52,421 nt of DNA, taken from positions 1 to 52,421 of the IMG/VR virus record IMGVR_UViG_3300012682_000006. One strand, written 5' to 3'. This DNA comes from a virus. Its lineage: Duplodnaviria > Caudoviricetes. Below the pieces are notes generated by a model. That model worked only from the letters and a program-made list of their open reading frames with translations. It was not told the DNA's origin and ran no database searches. Position numbers and translations under genes: made by a program. This document shows, in pieces, positions 9,293-18,091 of this stretch. How positions within the stretch are numbered: the stretch's first letter is position 1; each line of letters opens with the position of its first letter.

Positions 9293-10065
9293 GCCAGCAC
9301 CTCACCCTTGCGGGGGCGGCTGGCGAACCCGAACGTGGGGTCGTCGTTGCTGACTTCCGTGTTGGCCACGAACCGGACCCGGTCGCCGACCTCGACGTCC
9401 CGCAACGTGCTCGGGCACGAGCCCCACACCTTCCAGCCCTTGCCCTTCACGAGGAACTTGAGGGTCGAGCCGAACTGCGAGTCGACCCACTTGAACGACA
9501 GGACCTCGCCCTCGACCGTGACGGCCTTGCCCTCGGGGAACGGCTCCGGCTCAGGCTCGGCAGCGGCCTCCCACACCAGGAACCGCTCCCACGCAGCGCC
9601 GAGCGTCTCGACCTGGCGCTCGCTGAGGAGCGAGTGACGGGCACGCAGCGCCACGTCCACGACGAACGAGTCGTCGAGCGTGTGGCAGGACTGCTCGGCG
9701 TCGAACGAGGCGTCGACCCGGGCCAGGATCTCGGCGAGCACGGGGAGAGCGACGAGGTTGGCCTCGAAGTGCACCACGGCGTCCTTCTGGGCCTTGACGG
9801 ACTTGGCGGCGGCCCGCTTGTCGGCGGCGGCCTGGCGCTTGGCGAGTTCCACTTGCACCTGCTCGTCGGTGAACGAGACGGGGAAGCAGAGCGTGCGGTC
9901 GCCCTTGGGGTCACGGCCGCCGCCACCGCAGCGCCAGCACGTGAAGCCGGGCCAATGTGAGAAGCCACCCACACCGCCGCACTTGTGGCACTTGGAGGCG
10001 AGGAAGTGGAAGCCGGGCTTGTTGATCCCTGCGAGGCGCTCGGTGCCGAAGGTGGTGATCGTCAT
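9289..10065 (-). CDS. Zn-ribbon protein with probable C-terminal OB fold
   Basis: CHKCGG...CWRCGG; beta-rich C-terminus; GGGAGG RBS. Confidence 0.75.
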   Translation of the reverse strand: MTITTFGTERLAGINKPGFHFLASKCHKCGGVGGFSHWPGFTCWRCGGGGRDPKGDRTLCFPVSFTDEQVQVELAKRQAAADKRAAAKSVKAQKDAVVHFEANLVALPVLAEILARVDASFDAEQSCHTLDDSFVVDVALRARHSLLSERQVETLGAAWERFLVWEAAAEPEPEPFPEGKAVTVEGEVLSFKWVDSQFGSTLKFLVKGKGWKVWGSCPSTLRDVEVGDRVRFVANTEVSNDDPTFGFASRPRKGEVLA

Positions 10066-10110
10066 GGTGGTGGGCCTCCCGTCGACCTGTGGGTCAGGTC
10101 TTTAGAAACC

Positions 10111-10139
10111 ATGATGCCAGGTCTGGCGCCCCACTGCAA
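10111..10139 (-). promoter_or_regulatory. SigA-like promoter
   Basis: TTGCAG-N17-CATCAT followed by GGTTTCT, the same downstream sequence as the 38422 promoter. Confidence 0.5.
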
Positions 10140-10169
10140 CTCTTCGAGGTCGAGAGTTGCGTGACCTCG

Positions 10170-10376
10170 TCAGGCGCCCCGGACGATCCCCTTCAGGATG
10201 TCCCGCACGTACCGCTCGCCCTGCTGCTGGTCGTACCGATCGCCCTGGAGCATCTGGCGGTTGAAGGCGCTCGTGGCCTCGACCCGACCGGCCCGGTCCG
10301 GCGAGGACTTCTTCAGGGTGGCGTCCGTTGCGCCCTCCAGGAGTTCCACGTTCATGCTGCGCTCGATGTTCTCCAT
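10170..10376 (-). CDS. hypothetical protein
   Basis: adjacent to upstream stop; purine-rich RBS. Confidence 0.65.
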   Translation of the reverse strand: MENIERSMNVELLEGATDATLKKSSPDRAGRVEATSAFNRQMLQGDRYDQQQGERYVRDILKGIVRGA

Positions 10377-10913
10377 CTACCTTCTCCTGGCCTTGGGGAC
10401 TGCGGGGGGCTTGAATGCCTTCGGCGCCGCTCGCTTGATGCCGCCTCGTGCTGCGGCCATGCTGCGCATGCCAGCGACCTGCGGGCGTGGTGAGGGCGTA
10501 CGAGAGACCCGTGTGGGCGTCGTAGGGGCCTCCGTGGGCTCGGGGGCGGGTGATGCCGCCCGAACCTCCTGGCGGACCTGCTGGCGCATCAGGGCGGCCT
10601 CGATGGCCTTGGCCTTGTTCGCCTCGGCGACCTGTGCGGAGATGACGGGCACACGCTCGGCGAGTTGCTGCGCAGCGCCCATCCCGGACGAGGGCGTGTT
10701 GATGCGGGCGGCCGAGCGCCTGTCCCGCTCGACCTGCACCTTGGCCTCACCGCCGAACATCTCGTTGCGGTAGGCGATGAGGTCCGACATCTTCTCCGGG
10801 GTGTCGAACTTGTAGCCCTTCGAGCGGCCGGGCACGGGGTTCGCCTCCCGATGCGCCTTGGCCTCCGGGCTGTGCCAGTTGCGCTGGCCGAGCATCTTGT
10901 CCTTGGCAGCCAC
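10377..10913 (-). CDS. basic hypothetical protein
   Basis: AGGAGG RBS before GTG at 10913 (track start 11438 too long). Confidence 0.65.
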   Translation of the reverse strand: MAAKDKMLGQRNWHSPEAKAHREANPVPGRSKGYKFDTPEKMSDLIAYRNEMFGGEAKVQVERDRRSAARINTPSSGMGAAQQLAERVPVISAQVAEANKAKAIEAALMRQQVRQEVRAASPAPEPTEAPTTPTRVSRTPSPRPQVAGMRSMAAARGGIKRAAPKAFKPPAVPKARRR

Positions 10914-10915
10914 GG

Positions 10916-11197
10916 TCAGCCTCCTGTTGCGGGTCGTGAGGTGGAGTCGATCCCGGCGGGCGTGCCCGAGTAGTCCATCCGGCGGTTCGGATAGTACCTG
11001 TCCATCCCGAGCACGTCGTCGATCCCGATGGCGCTGCGGTCGTACCCGAACTTGGGTGGGAAGGGCTCGACCTGCGGGAGCGGCGGCCGGACCATGGCGG
11101 CGAGGATGTAGCCGGGCACGGTCTGGGACATGAGGGCGTCCGTCACGAGCCGCTCGGGGCCGGACTCGAACGGGCGCCTCTGGTCGTAGGGGTTCAC
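10916..11197 (-). CDS. hypothetical protein
   Basis: GTGA overlap, GC3 bias. Confidence 0.7.
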   Translation of the reverse strand: MNPYDQRRPFESGPERLVTDALMSQTVPGYILAAMVRPPLPQVEPFPPKFGYDRSAIGIDDVLGMDRYYPNRRMDYSGTPAGIDSTSRPATGG

Positions 11198-12624
11198 GAG
11201 CGCTTGCCTCGTGCAGCCCTGGTCGTGCGCCCGGCGGCGAGGGGACCGGCCGGAGCGGGCTCGTCGGCGAACATCGAGCCCTGGTTGGGGTCAACCTTCT
11301 TCGGCGCAGGCGTGGGGTACGCCTTGTCCTCGGGGAAGGCGAAGCGTGCGTCCTGCTCGGTCCTCTGAATGCGCTCCTCCGACCACTGCGTGGCCTGCGT
11401 CTGGCGCACAGAGCCGAGGCCACGCTGCGCCATCGCACGACGGTGAGCCTCGTCCGCCATCGAGTGGAAGCCCTTCGTCTCGATGCCAGCCTCCCGCTCG
11501 CTCTTCTCCCGTTGGAACCCCGAGCCCGACGAGTTCGGCTTCGGGTTGCCCTCGCTGTCGAGCATGAGGGGCTTAGCGGTGCCGAGGTGCGGGATCATGC
11601 CACCGCCACCCGAGTGGACGTCAGCGACGAACGTGTCGGGCGTGCCACGCAGCCACGAGTTGTGGTACGGCCCCGTCTTCGGACCGAACATGGACGAGCC
11701 CGACTCGTTCTTCCAGTCAGACATCGGCACACCAGCCTTCCACTGGTCGTGCGCACGGCCAGCCTTCTCGAAGTTGGCCGGGTAGCCCGAGTGCCGCTTC
11801 TCCTCACCCGTGGTGGGGTCGGTGTAGTTGGCGTCCCGATGCACGGTCGAGGCGTCGCCGCCTGCCTCCATGTGGCGCACGACGTGCATGGCCGCCTCGT
11901 TGTTCGGGTAGCGGTCGCCCTCCTGGAACTTCGTCTGCGGGCTCGTGAAGGCGTTCATGGCGGCGTGCACCGAGTACGGGATCCCGAGTTCCCGAGCGGA
12001 CTTTGCCACCACGCCACGAGGCGAGTCGGGGTTCTCCTCGTTGTGGTAGAAGTCCTGCCCGTACGGCCGCACCTCGGATGCACCTGCAGGCGTGTTCTTG
12101 TCGGCTCGCAAGTACGACTGGTCGATCTGGGCGCCCATCGACTTGACCATCGAGCCCATGGTGGCGCCCGACTTCAGAGCGACACGACGCTCGATGTCGC
12201 CACGCTTCTTGTCGTCGAGGTCGTCCCAGCGCTCAGGGGTGGGCGCTGCAAGCGGGTCCTCCATGCCGGGCAACTGGCGGTCGTACGCACGAGGCATGTT
12301 CGTCTCGGACTGCTTCGCCTCCGTGTAGCCACGCAGCATGTAGGACATCCCAACGCCCATCCCCTTGTCCTGCACGCCCGTCATGCGTGCCTGACCCTCG
12401 GGGCTCGCCTCCCAGCCCTCACGCCTGCTGAAGTTCGCCTGCGTGGTGACCTCGTCAGTGACCTTCCGGGCTGCCTGCTTCTTCCGTGTCTCGGCGGCCG
12501 TCAACTTCGGCTTGGCCGCCGTTGCAGGCTTGGCTGCTGGCACCGAGCCGCCCGCTGCAGGGACCTCCTCGGGGCTCCAGTCGTCGAGGTCGTCGTACGA
12601 GCGCCCACGGGTGCGGGGAGCCAT
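11194..12624 (-). CDS. HhH DNA-glycosylase-like protein
   Basis: SPQ...N, N..KA, GPKT..Y.N, VADVH, QA..W motif series. Confidence 0.5.
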   Translation of the reverse strand: MAPRTRGRSYDDLDDWSPEEVPAAGGSVPAAKPATAAKPKLTAAETRKKQAARKVTDEVTTQANFSRREGWEASPEGQARMTGVQDKGMGVGMSYMLRGYTEAKQSETNMPRAYDRQLPGMEDPLAAPTPERWDDLDDKKRGDIERRVALKSGATMGSMVKSMGAQIDQSYLRADKNTPAGASEVRPYGQDFYHNEENPDSPRGVVAKSARELGIPYSVHAAMNAFTSPQTKFQEGDRYPNNEAAMHVVRHMEAGGDASTVHRDANYTDPTTGEEKRHSGYPANFEKAGRAHDQWKAGVPMSDWKNESGSSMFGPKTGPYHNSWLRGTPDTFVADVHSGGGGMIPHLGTAKPLMLDSEGNPKPNSSGSGFQREKSEREAGIETKGFHSMADEAHRRAMAQRGLGSVRQTQATQWSEERIQRTEQDARFAFPEDKAYPTPAPKKVDPNQGSMFADEPAPAGPLAAGRTTRAARGKRS

Positions 12625-12842
12625 CAGATCTTCACCCCCGCCATGCGGTTCTGCGTGACGACGGTGCCCATCGCCGACCACCACGAGGCGACGACGTTCT
12701 CGCCCGTGACGTCCACGATCTTGGACCCGTTCCACGGCTGGGCAAGGTTGTCGGTCTCGGCCAGGAGCCCGTAGGCGCCCTGCAGCACGGCCTCCTCCTT
12801 GGCCTGGTTCACCTGGACACGGGGGTCACTGGTCTGGCGCAT
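12624..12842 (-). CDS. hypothetical protein
   Basis: GGAGG RBS, TGATG overlap. Confidence 0.65.
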   Translation of the reverse strand: MRQTSDPRVQVNQAKEEAVLQGAYGLLAETDNLAQPWNGSKIVDVTGENVVASWWSAMGTVVTQNRMAGVKI

Positions 12843-12846
12843 CGGA

Positions 12847-13320
12847 CTACCTCCAACTTGGCGACAAGCGTCGCAACTGGCTGATGCGCTTCGCACCGGC
12901 GGGGATGAACTCGACCTCACCCTCAGGGGTGAGCATCTTGCCTTCGGACACGAGGTGGGTCGGAACGAACTGCTGCAGCGGTGCGAACTTCAAGCCCCTG
13001 GCTTCGTACTCCAGGCCCGTCATCATGTTGAACTCGGGCGGCCAGTAGTAGTCGCTCCGGTCGATGCGCTCACCCTTGTGCACGCCTCGCTGGTACGCCT
13101 TCTTGTTCAGCGTCGACTTGAGGCTGTCGAGCATCCGGTCGCCACGTCGGCTGTTGATGGTCCCGAGGTAGCCATCTGGGTACTCCGCCGAGGGGACCCG
13201 GCGGTGCATGGAGCGGTGAGCGTCCAGCACGGTCCTGTAGAACGCCTCAGGGGGGCCTGTGCGCACCACGGAGCCCGGCTGGTCGACCTCGGGCAGGTAC
13301 TGGAAGTTCTGGGCCATCAC
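12847..13320 (-). CDS. hypothetical protein
   Basis: coupled ORF, GC3 bias. Confidence 0.75.
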   Translation of the reverse strand: MMAQNFQYLPEVDQPGSVVRTGPPEAFYRTVLDAHRSMHRRVPSAEYPDGYLGTINSRRGDRMLDSLKSTLNKKAYQRGVHKGERIDRSDYYWPPEFNMMTGLEYEARGLKFAPLQQFVPTHLVSEGKMLTPEGEVEFIPAGAKRISQLRRLSPSWR

Positions 13321-13901
13321 ACGCCCCTGAACAGGCGCTGCTGGCCCTTCATCTTCTGCGGGCGGGTCGTCCTCGTGCGCTGCACGGGACCCTCGATGGC
13401 GGCCTGGTTGAGGCTGCGCTCGGTCTCCATGCGGGCCTGCTCGGACACGAGGCGCCGGTACTTCGTATGGTCCTCAGGCGAGTCCTCGAAGAGCGTGCCC
13501 TCACGGCTCGTGGGGAGGCCACGGGTGTGTCGGATGACGGGCGCCTTGTCGGCGTCCACGTTGTAGTACGCACGCTGAGCGTGCTCCCGCCCCATCCCGA
13601 CGGCGCCCCGCTTCGTCATCTTGCGCACGCTCTGGTCGAGGAACGTGGTGGGGTTGCTGGGGTCCGTCTCGGTGTCCACCCACGCACCGAAGTACTCGTT
13701 CATGCCGGAGGCGTTGGCGTCGATGTACGCCTTCACGTCTTCCGTCTGCGCTCGACCCGGCACGATCGTCTCGGTCCCGTGCTTCGACACCATGTTCCCG
13801 GTGTGCGGCACACGCCCCGTCTTCGCACGCATGGAGAAGCCCCACCCCTCGCCCTGCAGGTGGGAAGCGAACTGCTCGGCGGAGAGGGAGCGCTTAGTCA
13901 T
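13317..13901 (-). CDS. hypothetical protein with N-terminal RSLSAEQF motif
   Basis: ATGA overlap; shared N-terminal motif. Confidence 0.75.
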   Translation of the reverse strand: MTKRSLSAEQFASHLQGEGWGFSMRAKTGRVPHTGNMVSKHGTETIVPGRAQTEDVKAYIDANASGMNEYFGAWVDTETDPSNPTTFLDQSVRKMTKRGAVGMGREHAQRAYYNVDADKAPVIRHTRGLPTSREGTLFEDSPEDHTKYRRLVSEQARMETERSLNQAAIEGPVQRTRTTRPQKMKGQQRLFRGV

Positions 13902-14086
13902 CGGACCGGCGACGGCCCCGTGCGGCTGATGGCCGACCGCAGGATCTGGCGGGGGCCACGGCTGAAGTTCATCGCCTCACTCGTGGGGCCAGCGAGCGTC
14001 GCCGTGATGCCGGGCAGCGAACCGTCCACGGTCTCGGGTGCCTCGACCATCGGGGGGCCAACCAAGTGGCTCGTGTCCATGCTCAT
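13898..14086 (-). CDS. hypothetical protein
   Basis: coupled ORF. Confidence 0.6.
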   Translation of the reverse strand: MSMDTSHLVGPPMVEAPETVDGSLPGITATLAGPTSEAMNFSRGPRQILRSAISRTGPSPVR

Positions 14087-14089
14087 CTC

Positions 14090-14431
14090 TCAGTCTCCGT
14101 AGGAGGTCATCTCGACGTGGCTGCCGCCGATGAGGCTGCGCACCACCTTGCCCTGGCTCGTGTTCGGGACCTGCTGGATGTCCCGCTTGTCGCTGCGCAC
14201 CGTGCGGAGCCCGGCGCCGATGTACTCGGGGATGCGGGCCTGCTGCTGGTGGGCGCCGATGCGGCCGAGGCCCATCGCCTCCTGGATGGCGCTCGTGTCG
14301 CCCTGGTCCCTCGTCGTGGCCGCAGCGTTGCGCTTCGCCGCGCGGCGGGGCTGCATGCGGTCGCCCATGGCCCGACTGTCGGACAGCGGCGTGGCCTGGC
14401 GAGCGGTGTCGATCGACTTGACCTTCCTCAT
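14090..14431 (-). CDS. hypothetical protein
   Basis: ATGA overlap. Confidence 0.7.
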   Translation of the reverse strand: MRKVKSIDTARQATPLSDSRAMGDRMQPRRAAKRNAAATTRDQGDTSAIQEAMGLGRIGAHQQQARIPEYIGAGLRTVRSDKRDIQQVPNTSQGKVVRSLIGGSHVEMTSYGD

Positions 14432-14694
14432 CGCCCACCACCCCCACGGCGTGCGAGGTTGTCGCCCTTGCCGTTGAAGGTGGCTGCACGCACCCGGCGG
14501 TCGAGGTTGGCGAAGGCGGGGTCGACTCCGGGGTTGGGCGGAGCGGAGGCGGGGTCGAACTGCGCCTCGGCCAGCGCCGTGGGGGCGAGCATCGCCAGCG
14601 ACTCGGCGTGCGCCTCGTGCGCCATCTGCAGGTGGTTGGTGGGAGCGCCCATCCGTCGCCGGATTGCGTGCCCCACCATGCGGGAGTCGGCCAT
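14428..14694 (-). CDS. hypothetical protein
   Basis: GAGAGGA RBS. Confidence 0.65.
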   Translation of the reverse strand: MADSRMVGHAIRRRMGAPTNHLQMAHEAHAESLAMLAPTALAEAQFDPASAPPNPGVDPAFANLDRRVRAATFNGKGDNLARRGGGGR

Positions 14695-14759
14695 GTCGTT
14701 CCTCTCAGGGTCGAGATGTTCGTCCCCCAGAGTAGGCCTGTGGGCTCCTCAGGGAACGA

Positions 14760-15077
14760 TCAGTCGACGACCACGTGGATGACGATGGCCGAGACGGTCT
14801 GGCCATCCGGCATCTCCACCTCGGCAAACCCCGGTCGGAACGTGAGGTCCATGCCCCTCATGGCCGTGAAGGATCGGGCGATGGCGCACGCCTTGACCGC
14901 TTGATTGACCGCACCGGCTCCGATCGCCCGGAGCGTGATCTTCCGGTGCTCGTAGACCCCGTGGCTGATGGCTGAGGCGAGGGACTCGGGGGCGGTGGTG
15001 GAGCGGACTCGGAGGACGTCTTCTCGGGTCGACTCGGCGACGACTTCCGCTTCGGGTGTGTCGGGCGCTGTTCCCAT
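14760..15077 (-). CDS. spoVS: SpoVS-family (Alba-fold) protein
   Basis: LRAIGAGAVNQAVKACAIAR...PGF signature. Confidence 0.85.
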   Translation of the reverse strand: MGTAPDTPEAEVVAESTREDVLRVRSTTAPESLASAISHGVYEHRKITLRAIGAGAVNQAVKACAIARSFTAMRGMDLTFRPGFAEVEMPDGQTVSAIVIHVVVD

Positions 15078-15649
15078 TCGGTGTGCTCCAGGAGTTGATC
15101 GAGTACCTCTTGCTCATAGGCGAAGGTAACCGACCTCGTGTGAAGCGCTGCGGCAACCCGTGCGATGGCGTACGAGTCGGCCATGTCGTCGCTGGCAAAC
15201 TCGACGCCCCACTTCTTGAACACGGCGAGCATCACCTGATTCTTCTTGGCGTTGCCGGACCCCGTGGTGAACTTCTTGACGGCGCTCACGGCGACGATCG
15301 TGGGGTAGCCGACGGGCGAGCCGTACAGGCGCCGGAGTTCCAACTTCACGGCCGCTCCACACTCGCCCATCTTCTCCCGTCCGAACTTGGCGGCCGGTGC
15401 GTAGCCCTCCATCGCCACGTGCACGACCGTGCTGCCGAACGTCTCGATGAGCGCCATCGTTGAGACCATGTGGTCCTGGATCTCGAACAGGCGGTCGACG
15501 CCCGACGCCTTCGAGGAGAAGACGGTCGTGTAGTAGCCGTTCGTGGCTGGCACGAGGACCGTGGTGGCGAACCCCGTCAGGCTCTGGTCGATCCCGATGA
15601 CCACGTCCTGCTCACGGTCGGCGAACGCTCCGCCGTCGATCATCTTCAT
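14858..15649 (-). CDS. ruvC: RuvC-like Holliday junction resolvase
   Basis: IGIDQSLTGF, MEGY, VKKFTTGSGNAKK, DDMADS. Confidence 0.85.
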   Translation of the reverse strand: MKMIDGGAFADREQDVVIGIDQSLTGFATTVLVPATNGYYTTVFSSKASGVDRLFEIQDHMVSTMALIETFGSTVVHVAMEGYAPAAKFGREKMGECGAAVKLELRRLYGSPVGYPTIVAVSAVKKFTTGSGNAKKNQVMLAVFKKWGVEFASDDMADSYAIARVAAALHTRSVTFAYEQEVLDQLLEHTEWEQRPTHPKRKSSPSRPEKTSSESAPPPPPSPSPQPSATGSTSTGRSRSGRSEPVRSIKRSRRAPSPDPSRP

Positions 15650-15866
15650 GCGTGACCTTCCTGCCGAGGTAGTCGATGGCACTCGTGATCGCCGCCAGGT
15701 AGTCGTGGTCCCTGGCGTCGTTGCCGCTGCGTGCCCACTCGTACACGACGTTCTCTCGCACCCGCTTCGTGAGCATGGCCATGTGCACGGGACACATGTG
15801 CGGGCTGCGCTTGTTGAGGACCTGGCCGCACGGTGGGTACGGGCAGCGGGACTGCTTGACCTTCAC
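15612..15866 (-). CDS. small Cys/His protein
   Basis: CPYPPC...CPVH; GTG start. Confidence 0.55.
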   Translation of the reverse strand: MKVKQSRCPYPPCGQVLNKRSPHMCPVHMAMLTKRVRENVVYEWARSGNDARDHDYLAAITSAIDYLGRKVTHEDDRRRSVRRP

Positions 15867-15990
15867 GCCGAACGCCCCGTGGCGTGGAGCCACTTCGCCC
15901 AGGGCTGACGTTCGAGACTCTGTTGCCGCCCAAGGTCCATCACGGACTTCTCGCCGCAGCGAACACACTGCTGCTCTGACCCTCTCGTCG

Positions 15991-16536
15991 TCATGCTCGG
16001 TTCCTGTCCACTCGTCGGGTGATGTCGGTCATGGCTGTGCGTCGTGTCAGTTCCCGGGAGCAGAGCGAAGCGTCACGCTCGACGGCGTTGTAGAGGACCT
16101 GGCACATCTTGCGGTAGGCGTAGGCGTTGTCGAGGGCGTCCCGGTACTTGATGACGTTCGGCATCTGGGAGATCTCGGCCTTCGTGGACGTGACCTCGCC
16201 ACGAGCGGGCCTGCCAGCCGTCACGAGCGCTGTGGCCTCCGCACGCTTGACCAACGTCTCGGCCGTGTTCTCCTCGATCTCAGAGATCGCCAGTCGCCCG
16301 CTCAAGAAGTCCGCCCAGCGAGTGAGGATGGCGAACAACTCCATCAACTGGTCGTCGGTCTGCTCGGTCAGGGCGTTCGGGATCTGCGGAATCTCGTGCT
16401 CGGGCTCCGCTGGCAGCACGAGCCCGTCCCGCTCCAGCCGTTCCTGTGCGCTTGCGGCGCCCGCCGCCAGTTCCAGCGTCAGGTCCACCGGTCCTTCGTA
16501 CGACCTTCCGCTTCGTCGGACTGTCCTTGTCCCCAT
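15991..16536 (-). CDS. helical protein, possible recombination mediator
   Basis: coiled-coil character, position between nuclease and resolvase genes. Confidence 0.6.
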   Translation of the reverse strand: MGTRTVRRSGRSYEGPVDLTLELAAGAASAQERLERDGLVLPAEPEHEIPQIPNALTEQTDDQLMELFAILTRWADFLSGRLAISEIEENTAETLVKRAEATALVTAGRPARGEVTSTKAEISQMPNVIKYRDALDNAYAYRKMCQVLYNAVERDASLCSRELTRRTAMTDITRRVDRNRA

Positions 16537-17452
16537 TCGATTCTCCGTCTTCGTAGGCTCGGCACTCCGCACACCCGCCGTTCGGGCACGGTGGCGGCTT
16601 GCCCTTTCTCAATGCGTACTTGATGTCGAGGCACGCTTCAAGTAGCGGCTCGACGAACTTCGGCGTGTACCGGATCACGAACTCCCGGCTCTGCTGGTTC
16701 CACTTGCACTCGTACAGGAAGACGATCCTCGACTTGCCGGAGAGGAAGCAGTACATCATCCCCTGGCGGAGGTGGCTGTTGAATGGGCGCTTGATGTCCC
16801 GCCAGATCCCCTCGTAGTCCATGAGCGTCTTGCCAGCGTCCTCGCTCTCGTACGTGTGCTTCTGAAGGAGCGCAGGGGCCTCGAAGCGCAGGGTGCCGAT
16901 GCCTACGCTCTTCACCTCCAGGAGGGCCTCAGAGGACGACAGAAGGCCGTCTGAGTGGCCGATGATGAGGTGCTCCTCGTTGTAGAGCGGGACCTCCTTG
17001 TACGCCAGGGTCTTGCGGCTCGACGCATCGGCCAGCCACGCCGGGCAGTCGAACGCCGTGCACTGGTCGGGCGACACGGCCCACCACTCGTGCTCGCACA
17101 CGAGGCACTTGAAGATCCCCTCCAACTCCCCGATGTCCCACAGCCAACCCTGCCACTTCGCATGGATCTGGTGGCCCTCGGCGAAGATCGTCTCCAGCAC
17201 GAACGATGGGTTGGTCTCGACGGACACTGCATCCTGGCCCGCTGCGATCCGGTAGTAGGTCGCACGGTGGCACCACGTGTCCTTGGCCATCTCGCTCGGG
17301 TGGATGTGCATGGTGTCCCGGCCCTCGTGCGGGGGCTTGGCCAGGAGGTGTCGGGTGATAGGGCCGACGACGATTGAGTCCGTCTTCTTTGTGGCCTGCA
17401 AGGCCTTCAGGGCCTGGCTCGTGATGGCGCCCTTGCGGGCCACGACCGTCAC
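16280..17452 (-). CDS. Cas4/RecB-like PD-(D/E)XK exonuclease
   Basis: HPS...C.R, G..IH, GHSDG, LEVKS, Q...Y, C-terminal Cys cluster. Confidence 0.85.
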   Translation of the reverse strand: MTVVARKGAITSQALKALQATKKTDSIVVGPITRHLLAKPPHEGRDTMHIHPSEMAKDTWCHRATYYRIAAGQDAVSVETNPSFVLETIFAEGHQIHAKWQGWLWDIGELEGIFKCLVCEHEWWAVSPDQCTAFDCPAWLADASSRKTLAYKEVPLYNEEHLIIGHSDGLLSSSEALLEVKSVGIGTLRFEAPALLQKHTYESEDAGKTLMDYEGIWRDIKRPFNSHLRQGMMYCFLSGKSRIVFLYECKWNQQSREFVIRYTPKFVEPLLEACLDIKYALRKGKPPPCPNGGCAECRAYEDGESNGDKDSPTKRKVVRRTGGPDAGTGGGRRKRTGTAGAGRARAASGARARDSADPERPDRADRRPVDGVVRHPHSLGGLLERATGDL

Positions 17453-17748
17453 ACCACGGTCCTCAGGCCACGCCTGCGTGCTTCCCTGCGCCGCTCCCGC
17501 TCGGACATCCCGCCCCACACGCCGAACCGCTCCCGGTTCTCGATGGCGTACGTGAGGCAGTCCTGGCGCACCCTGCAGATCCCCCCGACGGCATCGAGCC
17601 CGTTGCAGATCGCCTTCGCCCGCTGGACGTCGGCGTTGCTCTGCTCGGCGTACATCATGGCCGTCTCAGTCCCGAGCCCGAGGCACTTCGCCCGCTGCAT
17701 CCATGCGGGCTTCTTCGTCTCATTGTCGTCTGCGTCCCGCTCCGCCAT
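17449..17748 (-). CDS. whiB: WhiB-family transcription factor
   Basis: four Cys and GVWGGMSERER. Confidence 0.9.
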   Translation of the reverse strand: MAERDADDNETKKPAWMQRAKCLGLGTETAMMYAEQSNADVQRAKAICNGLDAVGGICRVRQDCLTYAIENRERFGVWGGMSERERRREARRRGLRTVV

Positions 17749-17758
17749 GCGTATGTGG

Positions 17759-18091
17759 TCATCCCTCCGGCGCTCGATCGCACCGTTGTCGCATCTCTTG
17801 GTAGTCAGCATCGAGCATGACCACGTAGTCGATGCCCGCCAGATGGAAGCCGAGGATGCCTCGCCGTCCTTCTATCGCAGCCTGGTTCATAACGCCAGTC
17901 AGGTCCCCGACCTTGAGACTGATCGACTTCTTGTTCGACGTGTCCTTGAACTCGACGAGGTCGGTGTCGCTGTGCACGTCGTTCTTGCGCTGCCACTGGT
18001 TACCCGAGCCTGCATGTTGCACACCCTCAAAGCGCTTCGCCCCCTTCTTCTCCTGGAGGCGAGAGCGCTTCAACTTCGGGTCGAGCGTCAT
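17759..18091 (-). CDS. Hjc-like PD-(D/E)XK nuclease/resolvase
   Basis: QEK...GSG...KNDV...EFK. Confidence 0.7.
   Translation of the reverse strand: MTLDPKLKRSRLQEKKGAKRFEGVQHAGSGNQWQRKNDVHSDTDLVEFKDTSNKKSISLKVGDLTGVMNQAAIEGRRGILGFHLAGIDYVVMLDADYQEMRQRCDRAPEG

Noticed and set aside
16280-17452. Cas4-like gene as a sign of CRISPR-Cas
   Set aside because: No repeat-spacer array or other cas genes; stand-alone Cas4-like exonucleases are common in actinophages.
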